DNA of 64,000 bases. Origin: Amphiscolops sp. MND2022 (Eukaryota). Shown here in pieces: positions 1 through 11,050 of the stretch; positions within the stretch are counted from its first letter, which is position 1; each line of letters opens with the position of its first letter. The notes under the pieces were generated by a model, which saw only the letters and a program-made list of their open reading frames with translations, searched no databases and was not told where the DNA came from. Where the stretch lies: assembly GCA_964187785.1 (NCBI GenBank), contig OZ076409.1:12154001-12218000 (forward strand), written 5' to 3'. The position numbers and the translations under genes are program-made.

Positions 1-3000
1 CGTGCTGTTTTACGAGCTAAGTTGGTCACTTCGAACTTGGAAGCTTTCGCTTTCAGTAATGTTGTGATTAACTTTGCAACACCGAACCGATTGCTGAAGA
101 ACACTATATTCGTGGAAGACACTATAGCCACTGTTGGAGAGACAGGTTCGTTCTATGTCTCTGTTGGCAATCTGACAAGCAATGCCCAGAAAGTGAAGTG
201 CGGCACCATGCTTGGTACTGCTGCACCAGTACGCCTAGTCTACCATGCAGTTCCCCAAAGTGTGCTAGCGCATAAAGGCGACAGTGACGAAAAATCGGAC
301 TCCCCAAATGAGTTCGTCAACAGGGTCTATTCTGAAATGGACCTGAACTCGCATTCAAGATGTTCGTCGTCGTCGGAGTTCGAGTTTCTCTCCTCTACAG
401 ACCCATCGGAGGAGGGGTTGTCAGAGCGCGAGATCAGAAAGCGCACTGACCCTGATCTCTTGGCCCCTATTCCTGGACCCGAATCTCAGTTAGAGGAGGT
501 ACAAAAGTTGTGGGGGAAGACTGCCCGCGACTCGCTGAACAACATCCTTACGGAATTTGATGACCTATTCATGAAGCACAAAGCAGACATTGGTCGCTGC
601 ACAATAGCCAAGCATCCTGTTGAGTTGGAGCCTGGGGCTACACCGCACCGTGAAGGCGCGAGAAGAATGTCGCCCGACAAGGCGGAGCGCGCTAATCAAG
701 AAGTACGCAATCTCCTGGCTTTGGGCATGATCCAACCTTCGCTATCACCTTGGGCGAGTGGGATTGTGATGGTAAAAAAGAAAAATGGGGAGTTGCGATT
801 CTGCTGCGACTTTCGCCCCCTCAACGCTGTCACAATAAAGGACGCGTATCCCCTCCCACGCATCGATGAAAGCCTTTCACGCTTGGGTAAGGCCAAGATT
901 TACACCAGTATTGATTTGGCCTGGGCTTTCTGGCAGATACCAGTCCGCAAAGCAGATAGGCAGAAAACGGCCTTTGCCTGCAAGCTGGGTTTGTTTGAGT
1001 GGAGACGTATGCCCTTTGGGATGTGTAACGCTTCAGCTACTTTCCAGCGAGCAATAGCGCGAGCGCTACGGAAAATTGTGAACCGGGAAGGAAGCATGGT
1101 GATGGCGTACATTGACGACATCGTCATTGCTACCGAGACAGTCGAGGACCACATGGTACGCTTACGCGAGGTATTTGAATGTCTGCGCGAAGCTGGCTTC
1201 AAAATGAGAGTCGCTAAGTGCGACTTTATGAAGTCGGAAATCAAGTACCTGGGACGTGTGGTCTCTGCCGAAGGTATCAAACCTGATCCTAAAGCAGTGG
1301 TAAAACTACGCGATTGGGAAGTACCGAGGAACAAAACGGAGATGCAAAGCTTTTTGGGCTTCGCCAACTATTATCGAGAGTTTATTCCTTGGCACGCCAA
1401 GCTTGTGGTCCCCTTGCATGCTATTACCGGCCTGGGCGCGACTTTCGCCTGGGGGGATGAGCAGCAACAGGCTTTCAACACCGTCAAATTGGCTTTGATC
1501 GAGGCAACTGCCTTGGCGCAACCGGACTCGGAGGGCGAATTTGTGCTGGACACTGATGCCAGTGCTGTTGCAATTTCCGGCATTTTGCATCAATGGCAGG
1601 GTCCTCCGGGCGAAAGGCGCCTGAGACCAATTGTGTATGGTAGCAAGAAGTTGAATGCCAGTCAAGCGAAGTATGGCGCTCCCAAGCTTGAAATGTACGC
1701 AGCTTATTATTTCATCTTGAAGAATCACAGTTATCTCTGCTCCAAAAAGTTCATCCTTCGGGTTGACAATCAAGCTCTCTCTTGGCTCAAAACGTATTCC
1801 ACTGATCAGGCCTTGATTGGTCGATGGATTATGGCACTCGAGAAGTACCATTTCAAAGTGGAGCATCGTCCCAGGACACAGCATAGGAATGCCGATGGCC
1901 TCAGTAAACGAACCAATGATTATCGGTGGCGAGAGAAGCAGCTCGAGAAGCTGCCAGCTGTGACAGACAAATGGAATTTCCTCTCACAGGAGGAGTTTGA
2001 CCAGCTGCCCGTTGCACCTTGGTTCGATTTGCATGGTCGGGTGATACCCAATCACCCCCAATTGCCCGCTCACTTGCGGAACACTAAACCAGACCCCACA
2101 AATGCAGTTTGTCGTGTTGCACGACGGCGTAAGCGCCGTCAGGCCGCTGAGAAAAGGGAGAGGGCGCTACGCGCTCCTCTACCTGAGGCACCAGTGCCTA
2201 CATTGCAAGCTCACGAAGACTTCTATCCAGATTATCCTGAGGACTGGATTGACGTCACTGAAGAGGCTAGGCAAGATTACTTGCTGCCTACACATGTGGC
2301 AAATATCCCCTCACGCATGACATATGCCCTTGACGAAACAGTGGAGCAAGCCATGGCTTCCGCTCCAACGGTGGTTAGGCAAGCTGCCCTAGCCATCAAA
2401 GACTTAGACACGGAACTTCATGAACATGCCAACACGGTGCATGGCATCAAGGATCTGCTTTTGGCGCAGAATCGTGATGTGCATGTTCTAGCCATAAAGA
2501 AGTTGGTAGCACAAGAGTCTATTGATCATGACATTTTTCCTGACGACGTGCGTGCTTTCGCACGTAACTACTACAAGCAGAAAAAAGATCTTCTGTTTGT
2601 AAACAAAAATGGGATTCTTTGTGTTAAGTATCCACCTCAGCAACGTCCATTGCACGAACGTCCGTGCATGATTGTAATGCCACAATTGTACCAGCATGAA
2701 ATTTTGTTTCGTGCTCATGATGCCATGGGCCACCAAGGCATTGCAAAGGTGGTGTCGCGAATCCAAGAACGCCATACCTGGCCAGGTATTCGCCGCAGCG
2801 TTGGTCAGTACGTGAGTCAGTGCCTCACGTGCCAGCAAGTACGTGACAGGCCGGGTGACGTTCGGTTTCACTTGAAAAATATCCAAAGTGGGTATTTCAA
2901 TGAGTTGGTCCAGTATGACCATCTGAAAATATGCCCCTCCGATAACAATAACACCGGCATATTGGTGATAATTGACCATTTCTCCAAGTTTGCGGAGGCT

Positions 3001-6000
3001 GTACCCTGCAGCCATGAGGATTACGATGCAGTGACCACGTCTAGGTTGCTTTTGCAGAAATGGTTTGCCAGACACGGCACGCCTACGCGGATGCAATCAG
3101 ACAATGCCCCCAACTTGACCGCAGAGGTATCCAATGAGTTCATGAGGGCATCTCAGGTCACAAAAGTTACCTCTACGGCGGGTCACCCGCGCACCCAAGG
3201 CCTGGTTGAACGACAAAAACGGACTTTGCTGACTTTGTTGCGGGTATTCTGCTCGCGTCGCATGAGAGATTGGGACCAGCATTTGGATGAAGTCATGGGA
3301 GCGTATAACTCAACGCGCCACGCCACGACTGGGTTTTCACCCTACATGCTGACCCGAGGGACCGAAAAGGCTATTCCTCTCACCTATCTGTATCCGGAGT
3401 TCGCAGCCAGATCATTTGAATCGCATGGAGCTTATGTGGAGCATATTCTTGCTCGCCAGCAAGAGATTCATGACTTGGTGCGTAGAAACACGCATCAGGC
3501 GCAACAACGGCAAAAGCTAAAATATGATCGAGCTGTTCGTGCAAACGCATACAATGTGGGAGACCCCGTTTGGGTATTCTGCCGCTATGTACCTCAAAAA
3601 GGATCACCGAAGTTGATGAGAGCTTGGCGTGGTCCGCACAAGGTTGTCCATGTACTACAAGATGGCCGCGTCTATATCCTGGACTCAGGACAAAAAGTGC
3701 ACTTTGAGCGGCTGAAACCTCATCATGGTGGCCCTACAGAGTTTGTTGCGCTTCCCTCGGGGAGTGGCGAAGTGGTCGTTGTCATGGATCCTGAGCCTGA
3801 GCACTCTGCTGAGGAGATCCGAGATGACTGCTCACAACCCTCATATCGAGAGGAAGAACCGCTCTCTGAAGCATCAGATGTATCGCTACCATCAAGGAGA
3901 CGCCACTGGATGGACACCAGGTTGCGTACTAGAATGCGAGCTGGAGGCAGTCGTCTCCACTATCAGCAATTTGATTATTCCAGTTCCGACCCAGAGCGTT
4001 CGCGCTCTGACGACTTGCTGTCAGATGCCCGAGATCATTCCCAGGAAGAACCTCCGGCGCTATTCGAAGCTTCAATGCCTCCCGATGAACAACCTCTGTC
4101 ATTTGAACCTGCCAATGACTACGAGCTTCCATTTTTATCCGAATCTGAAGTTATTCCGGAAGTACCTCAATCGCAAGATATTCCCGTTGCAACTGGAGAA
4201 GCCGAAGTATCACTAGCGGGTACATCTGCTCCTCTATTGACAAATCCTACATTGACGGATGTGCCTATTAGTATTCCCCAATTGCCGAATGGTACCTCCA
4301 ACCTCCAAAACACTGAAACCCGTGACACCGAGTTATCCAACACCAACGAGCCAACTGCTCGGAACAATGTCCCTAGCACGCGCGGCAGGGGCAGATCGCG
4401 AGCTGCTCTATCTCGTTGTTCGACACGAGCAACAAATTCCCGGTCGCAGAACGTGAGCGTGCGCGTTCAAAGGACTCCCAGTCGCAGAGGACGTCCTCGA
4501 GGACGACCTCCTCGGAGGCCACGAGGACACACTATCTCTTCACGGCAAACAGCTCGTGAAAATGACACACAGCCATCAATTACATCCGATTCTGACTCTG
4601 ATGCGCCCACCGCGCAGCTTACATCCGATGTTGACCAAGGCGCAACGCAGGTTAACCCACACTATGGCTTACGCCGGAATCGAGTACCTCGATATCGATG
4701 TGGAACCTGTGGGCTTCGCGATTGCACTTGTGTCATGGCTCTGAACAAATCGCCCACTATCCCACTTGGACCTGTGAAAGCTCCGGTGGATCCAAAGCCT
4801 CAACCTCTTATCCACAATGGTAAACTTCTTGTCAGTCGCGTTGTCATCCGCGCAGAGAAGACATACACCGGACTAGAAAGAGAACGTATCTTCCCTGTAG
4901 ACGTCGTGCTGGAAGAATTATCTAAATCCAAGATTGCTGAGGAACCTTGTCCCCGCTTCAAAGAGTGGACAAGCGATCTCCGCGGATTGGAATTCACGCT
5001 TCCCGTCACAGTGCCTCCTGTCACTCCTAACATTGTATTTGGACCTTTCAATTATGAGAGGGAACCCATCCAAATGGTCCGCTGTATCACCGCTGACCTC
5101 CTATCTGACAAATACGGCATCACCTGTCAGCCTGGTGAAGTGTATCGCCCAGCCCAATATTGGTGGTTGCTTGTAACTGCCCCACATGCTCACTCTTTGG
5201 TCCAGCCTGACAGCTTGCGGAGCTGTCTAGAGAGTTTGCGGACTGTTGTCACTGAGGAACTCATTTTGTGCTTCCACATCGTCGATCTTTATCGTGGAAA
5301 ACTACGGTTTCGATGGTGGCTAGAGCTGATTATCACTTTGTTCGCCAGCTTCCCTCGTATCCGCCTTTTGGATGATTGGACCCATTCCTTCACCGAGCCT
5401 GTAACGATCCACACTGCACTTGGTATCCTGGATTCATGGTCAACAGCAAATGTGGATAATCAGTCCCTGTCGAGGTCCGTATGGCAGGATCTATCTGCTA
5501 TTCGTGGACAGAACCATATAGACCCAGCTGATGAAAAAGGTCCCGGACGTCAGATTGTGTTTCCTGGTGCCCTACGACCAAATTTGGTCGACTACATTGT
5601 TTACGACCAAACTGATTTCTTGCAGGTGCAGGGCCACGTGGCAATTTGCTGCCCTGCAGACCTTAATACCAATTCTGCTGCCTTGCGCTATATTCTTCGC
5701 GAGTGTGGCAGCGACAAAATATTCCAACTTCGCCCAACAGTTGGTGAAGTCCTCACTTTCCCATCCTCATTATCTTTTATGGATAATCAAGTTATTCACC
5801 TAATGATAACACGCCCCTCCCAGCGTTCACCACAAATCACCGATGACTTTGTCTTATGCTTGGAGCACTTGAAAGCTTCATTATTGTCCAACGAAACCCC
5901 TGATATTCATTTCCCCATAGTTGACCCTGAACGCCCACTTCGCAGTTTGGACAACTTTTATCATAGTGTCATGGACGTTTTTGCAGGAACTGATATCACT

Positions 6001-6066
6001 GTATTTCTGCATGATCGCGTCTATGTCTCCATTGCCAGTATTGAACAATTTCCTGGCATCACTTAG
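1..6066 (+). CDS. pol: Gypsy Pol polyprotein: RT, RNase H, integrase and a long C-terminal extension (AT-hooks, Cys motif, tandem macro-like domains); open from the window edge
   Basis: Uninterrupted frame >2000 aa. SPWASG, DFRPLN, YPLP, MPFG, YIDD (1108-1119); RNase H LDTDAS..DGLS; integrase H-x4-H..CxxC, QYD/QSD/VER core, WRGPH (GPY/F). Confidence 0.95.
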   Translation, partial: RAVLRAKLVTSNLEAFAFSNVVINFATPNRLLKNTIFVEDTIATVGETGSFYVSVGNLTSNAQKVKCGTMLGTAAPVRLVYHAVPQSVLAHKGDSDEKSDSPNEFVNRVYSEMDLNSHSRCSSSSEFEFLSSTDPSEEGLSEREIRKRTDPDLLAPIPGPESQLEEVQKLWGKTARDSLNNILTEFDDLFMKHKADIGRCTIAKHPVELEPGATPHREGARRMSPDKAERANQEVRNLLALGMIQPSLSPWASGIVMVKKKNGELRFCCDFRPLNAVTIKDAYPLPRIDESLSRLGKAKIYTSIDLAWAFWQIPVRKADRQKTAFACKLGLFEWRRMPFGMCNASATFQRAIARALRKIVNREGSMVMAYIDDIVIATETVEDHMVRLREVFECLREAGFKMRVAKCDFMKSEIKYLGRVVSAEGIKPDPKAVVKLRDWEVPRNKTEMQSFLGFANYYREFIPWHAKLVVPLHAITGLGATFAWGDEQQQAFNTVKLALIEATALAQPDSEGEFVLDTDASAVAISGILHQWQGPPGERRLRPIVYGSKKLNASQAKYGAPKLEMYAAYYFILKNHSYLCSKKFILRVDNQALSWLKTYSTDQALIGRWIMALEKYHFKVEHRPRTQHRNADGLSKRTNDYRWREKQLEKLPAVTDKWNFLSQEEFDQLPVAPWFDLHGRVIPNHPQLPAHLRNTKPDPTNAVCRVARRRKRRQAAEKRERALRAPLPEAPVPTLQAHEDFYPDYPEDWIDVTEEARQDYLLPTHVANIPSRMTYALDETVEQAMASAPTVVRQAALAIKDLDTELHEHANTVHGIKDLLLAQNRDVHVLAIKKLVAQESIDHDIFPDDVRAFARNYYKQKKDLLFVNKNGILCVKYPPQQRPLHERPCMIVMPQLYQHEILFRAHDAMGHQGIAKVVSRIQERHTWPGIRRSVGQYVSQCLTCQQVRDRPGDVRFHLKNIQSGYFNELVQYDHLKICPSDNNNTGILVIIDHFSKFAEAVPCSHEDYDAVTTSRLLLQKWFARHGTPTRMQSDNAPNLTAEVSNEFMRASQVTKVTSTAGHPRTQGLVERQKRTLLTLLRVFCSRRMRDWDQHLDEVMGAYNSTRHATTGFSPYMLTRGTEKAIPLTYLYPEFAARSFESHGAYVEHILARQQEIHDLVRRNTHQAQQRQKLKYDRAVRANAYNVGDPVWVFCRYVPQKGSPKLMRAWRGPHKVVHVLQDGRVYILDSGQKVHFERLKPHHGGPTEFVALPSGSGEVVVVMDPEPEHSAEEIRDDCSQPSYREEEPLSEASDVSLPSRRRHWMDTRLRTRMRAGGSRLHYQQFDYSSSDPERSRSDDLLSDARDHSQEEPPALFEASMPPDEQPLSFEPANDYELPFLSESEVIPEVPQSQDIPVATGEAEVSLAGTSAPLLTNPTLTDVPISIPQLPNGTSNLQNTETRDTELSNTNEPTARNNVPSTRGRGRSRAALSRCSTRATNSRSQNVSVRVQRTPSRRGRPRGRPPRRPRGHTISSRQTARENDTQPSITSDSDSDAPTAQLTSDVDQGATQVNPHYGLRRNRVPRYRCGTCGLRDCTCVMALNKSPTIPLGPVKAPVDPKPQPLIHNGKLLVSRVVIRAEKTYTGLERERIFPVDVVLEELSKSKIAEEPCPRFKEWTSDLRGLEFTLPVTVPPVTPNIVFGPFNYEREPIQMVRCITADLLSDKYGITCQPGEVYRPAQYWWLLVTAPHAHSLVQPDSLRSCLESLRTVVTEELILCFHIVDLYRGKLRFRWWLELIITLFASFPRIRLLDDWTHSFTEPVTIHTALGILDSWSTANVDNQSLSRSVWQDLSAIRGQNHIDPADEKGPGRQIVFPGALRPNLVDYIVYDQTDFLQVQGHVAICCPADLNTNSAALRYILRECGSDKIFQLRPTVGEVLTFPSSLSFMDNQVIHLMITRPSQRSPQITDDFVLCLEHLKASLLSNETPDIHFPIVDPERPLRSLDNFYHSVMDVFAGTDITVFLHDRVYVSIASIEQFPGIT

Positions 6067-6195
6067 CTTCAACGTAAACTTTTGTTTGGTTAATTTTCTA
6101 TTTGCTATCCTGATATCTCGTGCTTGATACGCGTTGCTTGTTACCTTCTGGTAGCATGCGTTGAAATCCATTGGCAGAACCACACTCCACTTTTC

Positions 6196-6209
6196 AAGGG
6201 GGGAAGGGG
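6196..6209 (+). other. Polypurine tract of Gypsy A
   Basis: AAGGGGGGAAGGGG immediately 5' of TGTCTTC, 130 bp after the pol stop. Confidence 0.8.
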
Positions 6210-7953
6210 TGTCTTCAACGACCAATCCATCCTCTCGCATTTTCTTTGCATTTTTTGTTAGTCATTGCTATCTTTAGATTAATGAAGGTGCTCAACGATT
6301 AAAGCCCGGGGAGTCCCAGTGCAATAAATAACCCAAAAACTCTACATGTATTGCTACGCCCGAAAGGTGCTATTTTTGTTTTTCTTTTCCAAGATTTCCA
6401 GAAGTTTCCTCCAGATTCCAACGTGATATCCGGAAAAAAAGGGAGAGCGCGCGCTCCTGGTCTGCAAATGGCAAAATTTGATCTACCTTTGTCTGCTTTA
6501 CTCCAGTGCTTACTCTTACGAGCAGTTCGTAGTTTGCTTCTGATGCGCTCCTTGACAGATGCTACTGAACTCTATACAGGTATGGAGCTGCACATCAGTG
6601 CGTGTTGCCCAAACCAAGCCGAACTGTAAAAAAAAGTATTAAAGAAACAGCTTGTCTTCCTTTTAAACAGTGGTTTTTCTGCTGAAAAGAAGTTTTAGCG
6701 AAAAGAACTTTTAACTGTGCTGCAAACTGAAATTTTATTGCCGTGGAAAAGATGTTTTGCTGAAAACCACGTGCGCTTTGGAGCGTGAGCGCTCCGTAAA
6801 AGAAATTTTAGACGTCCAAAAACCAAAGTGCTAGCAGGATCTTATTCAGACTTTTGCAGAAAACTCGTGCTAAAAAAGTGGTGCTTTTTTGATTGATGTA
6901 TGGAATCTTGGATTTGATTAATTTCAAGGTGCATTTTTGAGTACTGGTTTTCTAGCTCTCGAGCTAGCTCTGTTTCAACAGTTTCTGGACGATGCAGGTT
7001 CTCTGGATGGCAAGAAGCAAGACCTCATGGTTGCCCAATCAGCAAAAGATGACAGTGCCACTGGACCGTTGCAACATCACCAGTTTGAGACCCCCGTGGA
7101 TTGCACTCGTGATGTGGCGATGTATTCAATGCCAGCCTCTCCGCATGACAGGGACGTCATGCATAAAGCCCGGGGAGTGATGTAACGGCAAGCTCTGGTA
7201 CAGCAATATCAACCGATTTTGCAACTTTGACATGTTCAGAAATTTTGTCAAAAATTCTAATCCGATGTGTGACGTGGCACTGAGCATGTGATTGCTCTTT
7301 TCGCTGTTTCCACGAAATTGGCAGGTACTTCGACAACAAAGAGCAAGAACGAGCAAAAAGACGGGCGCGCCGCCATGAAAGAAGCCAGAGACGGCAAGAA
7401 CATCCGAAAATAGACTCTTTTTGAGGTGCTAACACCGGTTTTATCGATTTTCAGCATTATGCTACCCTATGTAGCGGAAACCGTAAAAATGAGTCTTTTC
7501 GCCTAAAGATCCTTGTTTGGTGCTTGGAGCCCCTGCGCCCCAGCTTTTTAGCTGTGTGGTTTGCCATATTCGTGCCTGTTTTCATGTATTTTCAGTGATT
7601 TTGGCTGTATTCAGTAGCGCTAGCGCTAGTTTAGATCTTATTCCCCAATTTTAGATCTTATTCACATGTCACCCTGGAACTGGAAATTTACCTTATTCTT
7701 GGCATTGTTTTTATATGCTAGTTAAGCGGTGGTCTTTAGAGAGTCAGAAAGATGCCCGTTACTATTAGCAATCAAAGACTAGGACCGGTTGGACAGTATT
7801 CGTCGAAGCACCCGCGGCCCCGGGACGTATTTCACCCCTGGAGGCAAAATGGATCTGTGGCGATGGGCGCCTGTCCCGAGCGATTCACCCATTCCTGCAG
7901 GTTCCTCCACCTCTGTTAACGTGTTAAGCGACCGATAACAGCTGGCCGTTACA
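6210..7953 (+). repeat. Putative 3' LTR of Gypsy A
   Basis: Starts TGT directly after the PPT. The end is chosen at ...GGCCGTTACA; there is no second copy in the window to confirm it. Confidence 0.5.
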
Positions 7954-7963
7954 TACAGTTGTT

Positions 7964-8168
7964 TGTCATACGGCTCAGCCGTCACTTACCATCTCTACCG
8001 AGTTTCGGTTACAGACACTACTTGCTTCTGTTTACAAACAACGAACTCCAGGTATAAAATTTAGATATACCAATTTATATTTTGTTTGATGTAGCTTTTA
8101 GTCTTACTAAGAAAAGAGATTATTTAAATATCTGTTTCTTTTTTTTTCGCTTGCATCTTCACAATACA
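7964..8168. repeat. Short solo-LTR-like repeat (TGTCATA...AATACA), related to 57533-57759
   Basis: Shares a TGTCATA start, a CTCTRCCGAGTTTCGGTT core, an AAATT(T)AGATA motif and an AATACA end with 57533-57759. No TSD seen. Confidence 0.4.
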
Positions 8169-10300
8169 ACACAGTTAACCTGAAATCTAAAGCTTCTCTT
8201 TTTCTTTTTGACTGTCTGAAAATTCTTCAAATGCAACAGGGGGTTAACTGTCGAATACCGTCTTTTCTTTTAAGAACTACAGCTTCAAGCCCACCATTGC
8301 TTGAGCACTTGGCTGCAAATATGGTACCCATAGCTTGCTATGGGGAGATGGTATCCGAAAGGGCGCCAGCTTAGAAAAGCAGAACTGCTTATTCGGCGTC
8401 CACATCGCGGAATTGGTGACATTAACTTCTCTCTCTTCTCGAAGTAACTTCATCAAATTCTGAAATTAACTCCAATTTTACCATTCAGAAATTGTAAGTT
8501 TTCTCGCTAGTTGCAGACAGTGAACGGATTGTGATGAGCGGTGGTTCGCTTCCCTCGTTACCTTCAACAATTTGTGCAAAAGGCACATACATATAGTATC
8601 CATAGTTCTGCGGGAGAAAGATAATGGATAATGTCTGACGCTTGATTACGCAACTGTGTTTGTTGAAATCGCGTCCATCAATTCGTCTTTCAAAGAAACA
8701 CCTGAATTTTTCTCTTGACGACGATTGATGAAAACAAGCAAGCATACAGTAAAACACTCGAAAGTAATATTTGAATAAAATATAACATTAAATTGAGCCA
8801 TTTCACTTTCATCTTTTGATCGTTGCCGCAGATTTGGAATCGAATTCGAATGGATGACTACAAAAGGATGATTCTTTTGTTTTTGTGTGATTGATTATGT
8901 CTATTATCAACGAACAATCGCGTAGGCATTGTTGAAAAATATCAACGTAAACCATTTGAACTCTAACTTAGCAAAGCTTGAAATATTTAAGAGCGTAAGT
9001 TCTCTTATCCTGTTTTTTCGATGACGTTTTCCATGAGTTTTTGTCAGCTGTTCGTTGTAACGTCATTTTTCCGAAAGGGTTTTTCTTTTTCTAATCAATT
9101 GATGTTTTCAGTAAATTATTTTGATGAATAAATTTAAATGACAATTTGCTCTCCTTAATTTGACAGTGCGCATATTTGGTGGTCTAATTTTGACGCAGAA
9201 GAACGATAATGAAATCAATTTAAACACTTTTTTCAGCAAACATTGTTAATCAGCAGTCATTAAACGTGATTGACGAATTTGGTGATAAAAAACAAATACA
9301 CACAGAGTCCCCTAACTAGGAGCCAAAATCAAAATGTCAACTCTGATTAGACATAATTGTGGCATAATTACAGCCTACAATTCTGGGTGCTGTGTTTTTT
9401 CAGTCTCCCTTTCATGCCTCGTTTATTTTGGGAAGTTGTCATATCATGTGATTGAAAAGCCTGAGGCTTGTAAAGTAACGGCACGTCGCTCTGTGTTTTC
9501 AGGTGTTACACACGGAACAATAAAATATTGTAGCAATGATAATCACATACAAAAATCACACAATTCAAAACTTATAAGAAATTTGACTGTGAGTTGTACA
9601 AGTGAATGGATTTTATCATGAAGAGTTCGATATAAAAGATTATAACCTTAGAGAATGCAACCGGGTTGTCAGAATGGCAAAACGTACTTAATGTAGCAAC
9701 GTTTGGTGCGTTCTCTTTCCTTAACGCAGGGTTATTTCTCTCGGATTTTGTACAGCTGAGTGTAACATGTTCAGAAAGAGGTTTGACTGATGCAGTTAAT
9801 TCAATAACCTGCCTGTTCTTTTCAATAAAACCCTGCTCAGTTCATAATCTCTCCTGTTCTCTTTCCTAATAACCAAAAGATTCAGCGTTGATGCCATTGC
9901 CCAAACGATTAGCAAAGGCATTGAAAAGGCCCTATTGATGATCATCACTGTAGTTACTCATGTTTTAGATTGGTACTTCTAGTTCTACATTTTGAGGAAA
10001 GATTGAGAATGAAATTGAAAAGGTTGAATTCGAAAAATACTGAATTCTGAGAATTAAAAAATATTCGGAATACAAAATAACGTGGTGAGCAGCTAAACGT
10101 CGTAATAGCAAATTTGTGTTTCGCAAGCGTTCTCGCACCTGTCAATTTCTCACAAACGTGGTCACCAACGTGAGTGCTTTATCCAATAATATTGCGCTGT
10201 TTAACTAATTTAGTCACGCCCAATTTAGTAACACACAGCCCAATTTAGTCGCAAAATTCCGGAAAAAATTGAAATCCTGGAAATCCTGGAAAAATCTTGA

Positions 10301-11029
10301 ATGGCACCCGAAAAAGGCACCCAACGTAATGTCGAATGTTCCAATAACTGCGGAATATGGTCCTCCGTATGGATGCCAGATAGCAAAACTGAAGAAATTG
10401 AAAATAAAGGCTTCATCTATGGATTTTGCAACTTCTCCAAAATCAAAGAACTAGATCAAATAATGTCAAATCTTAAACAACTACAACTGGATATAACAGA
10501 CATTACAAAGGATATGAAACAGAACGAAACTTCCGTTACAAGAATAAAAACCCTGGAAGAGAGGGATCTCTCCAAGTTCGAAGCCAACAGTGCAACCCTT
10601 CTAGCAAATGTTGAAACTGAAAAGAAAAAGCAGAAAGACAAGGAATCTAATGTGGTAATGCTTGGTTTGAAAAAACTATCCAAACACGAAGCGGAAGAAA
10701 AAGTGAAAGATATCCTATCATATCTTGACATAGAGACTGATCCGGTGAAGATAGAACCCATCGGAACAGTAAACAAGCAGGACAAGCAGCTCCTACTCGT
10801 AAAATTCCCTAACCCAAACACGAAGTGGAAAGTAATTCGATCACCTAAAAAATTACGAGGAGATACGAGATATGATGGCATCTATATTAATCCAGACTTA
10901 ACACCTGAACAGCGTAAATTAGAATTTGAACCTCGAAATAAACTTCGTGAAATACGAATTTCCAACCCCTGCAAAGGGTATCACATAAAATCGGGACAGA
11001 TTGTGGAAATCCCACAACAACAAGGATGA
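10301..11029 (+). CDS. LINE ORF1 protein (coiled coil + RRM-like C-terminal region)
   Basis: 242 aa. NVVMLGL...LLVKF...IYINPDLTPEQR motif typical of CR1/L2-group ORF1; lies immediately upstream of the endonuclease. Confidence 0.75.
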   Translation: MAPEKGTQRNVECSNNCGIWSSVWMPDSKTEEIENKGFIYGFCNFSKIKELDQIMSNLKQLQLDITDITKDMKQNETSVTRIKTLEERDLSKFEANSATLLANVETEKKKQKDKESNVVMLGLKKLSKHEAEEKVKDILSYLDIETDPVKIEPIGTVNKQDKQLLLVKFPNPNTKWKVIRSPKKLRGDTRYDGIYINPDLTPEQRKLEFEPRNKLREIRISNPCKGYHIKSGQIVEIPQQQG

Positions 11030-11050
11030 CTAAAACCCCCAATTAATACT

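Larger units (their letters stand above)
1..7953 (+). mobile_element. Gypsy/Ty3 LTR retrotransposon A (5' part outside window)
   Basis: Pol ORF with RT-RNaseH-integrase order, then a polypurine tract at 6196-6209 followed directly by TGT. The right end (GTTACA, 7953) is inferred because the 5' LTR is not in the window. Confidence 0.85.

Noticed and set aside
900..3282. Minus-strand ORFs opposite Gypsy A pol
   Set aside because: Shadow frames of a long coding sequence, with no motifs or splice structure.
8013..8017. AGACA as the end of the Gypsy A LTR (inverse of TGTCT)
   Set aside because: Lies within a different repeat that also occurs at 57533-57759; GTTACA at 7953 is preferred but unproven.
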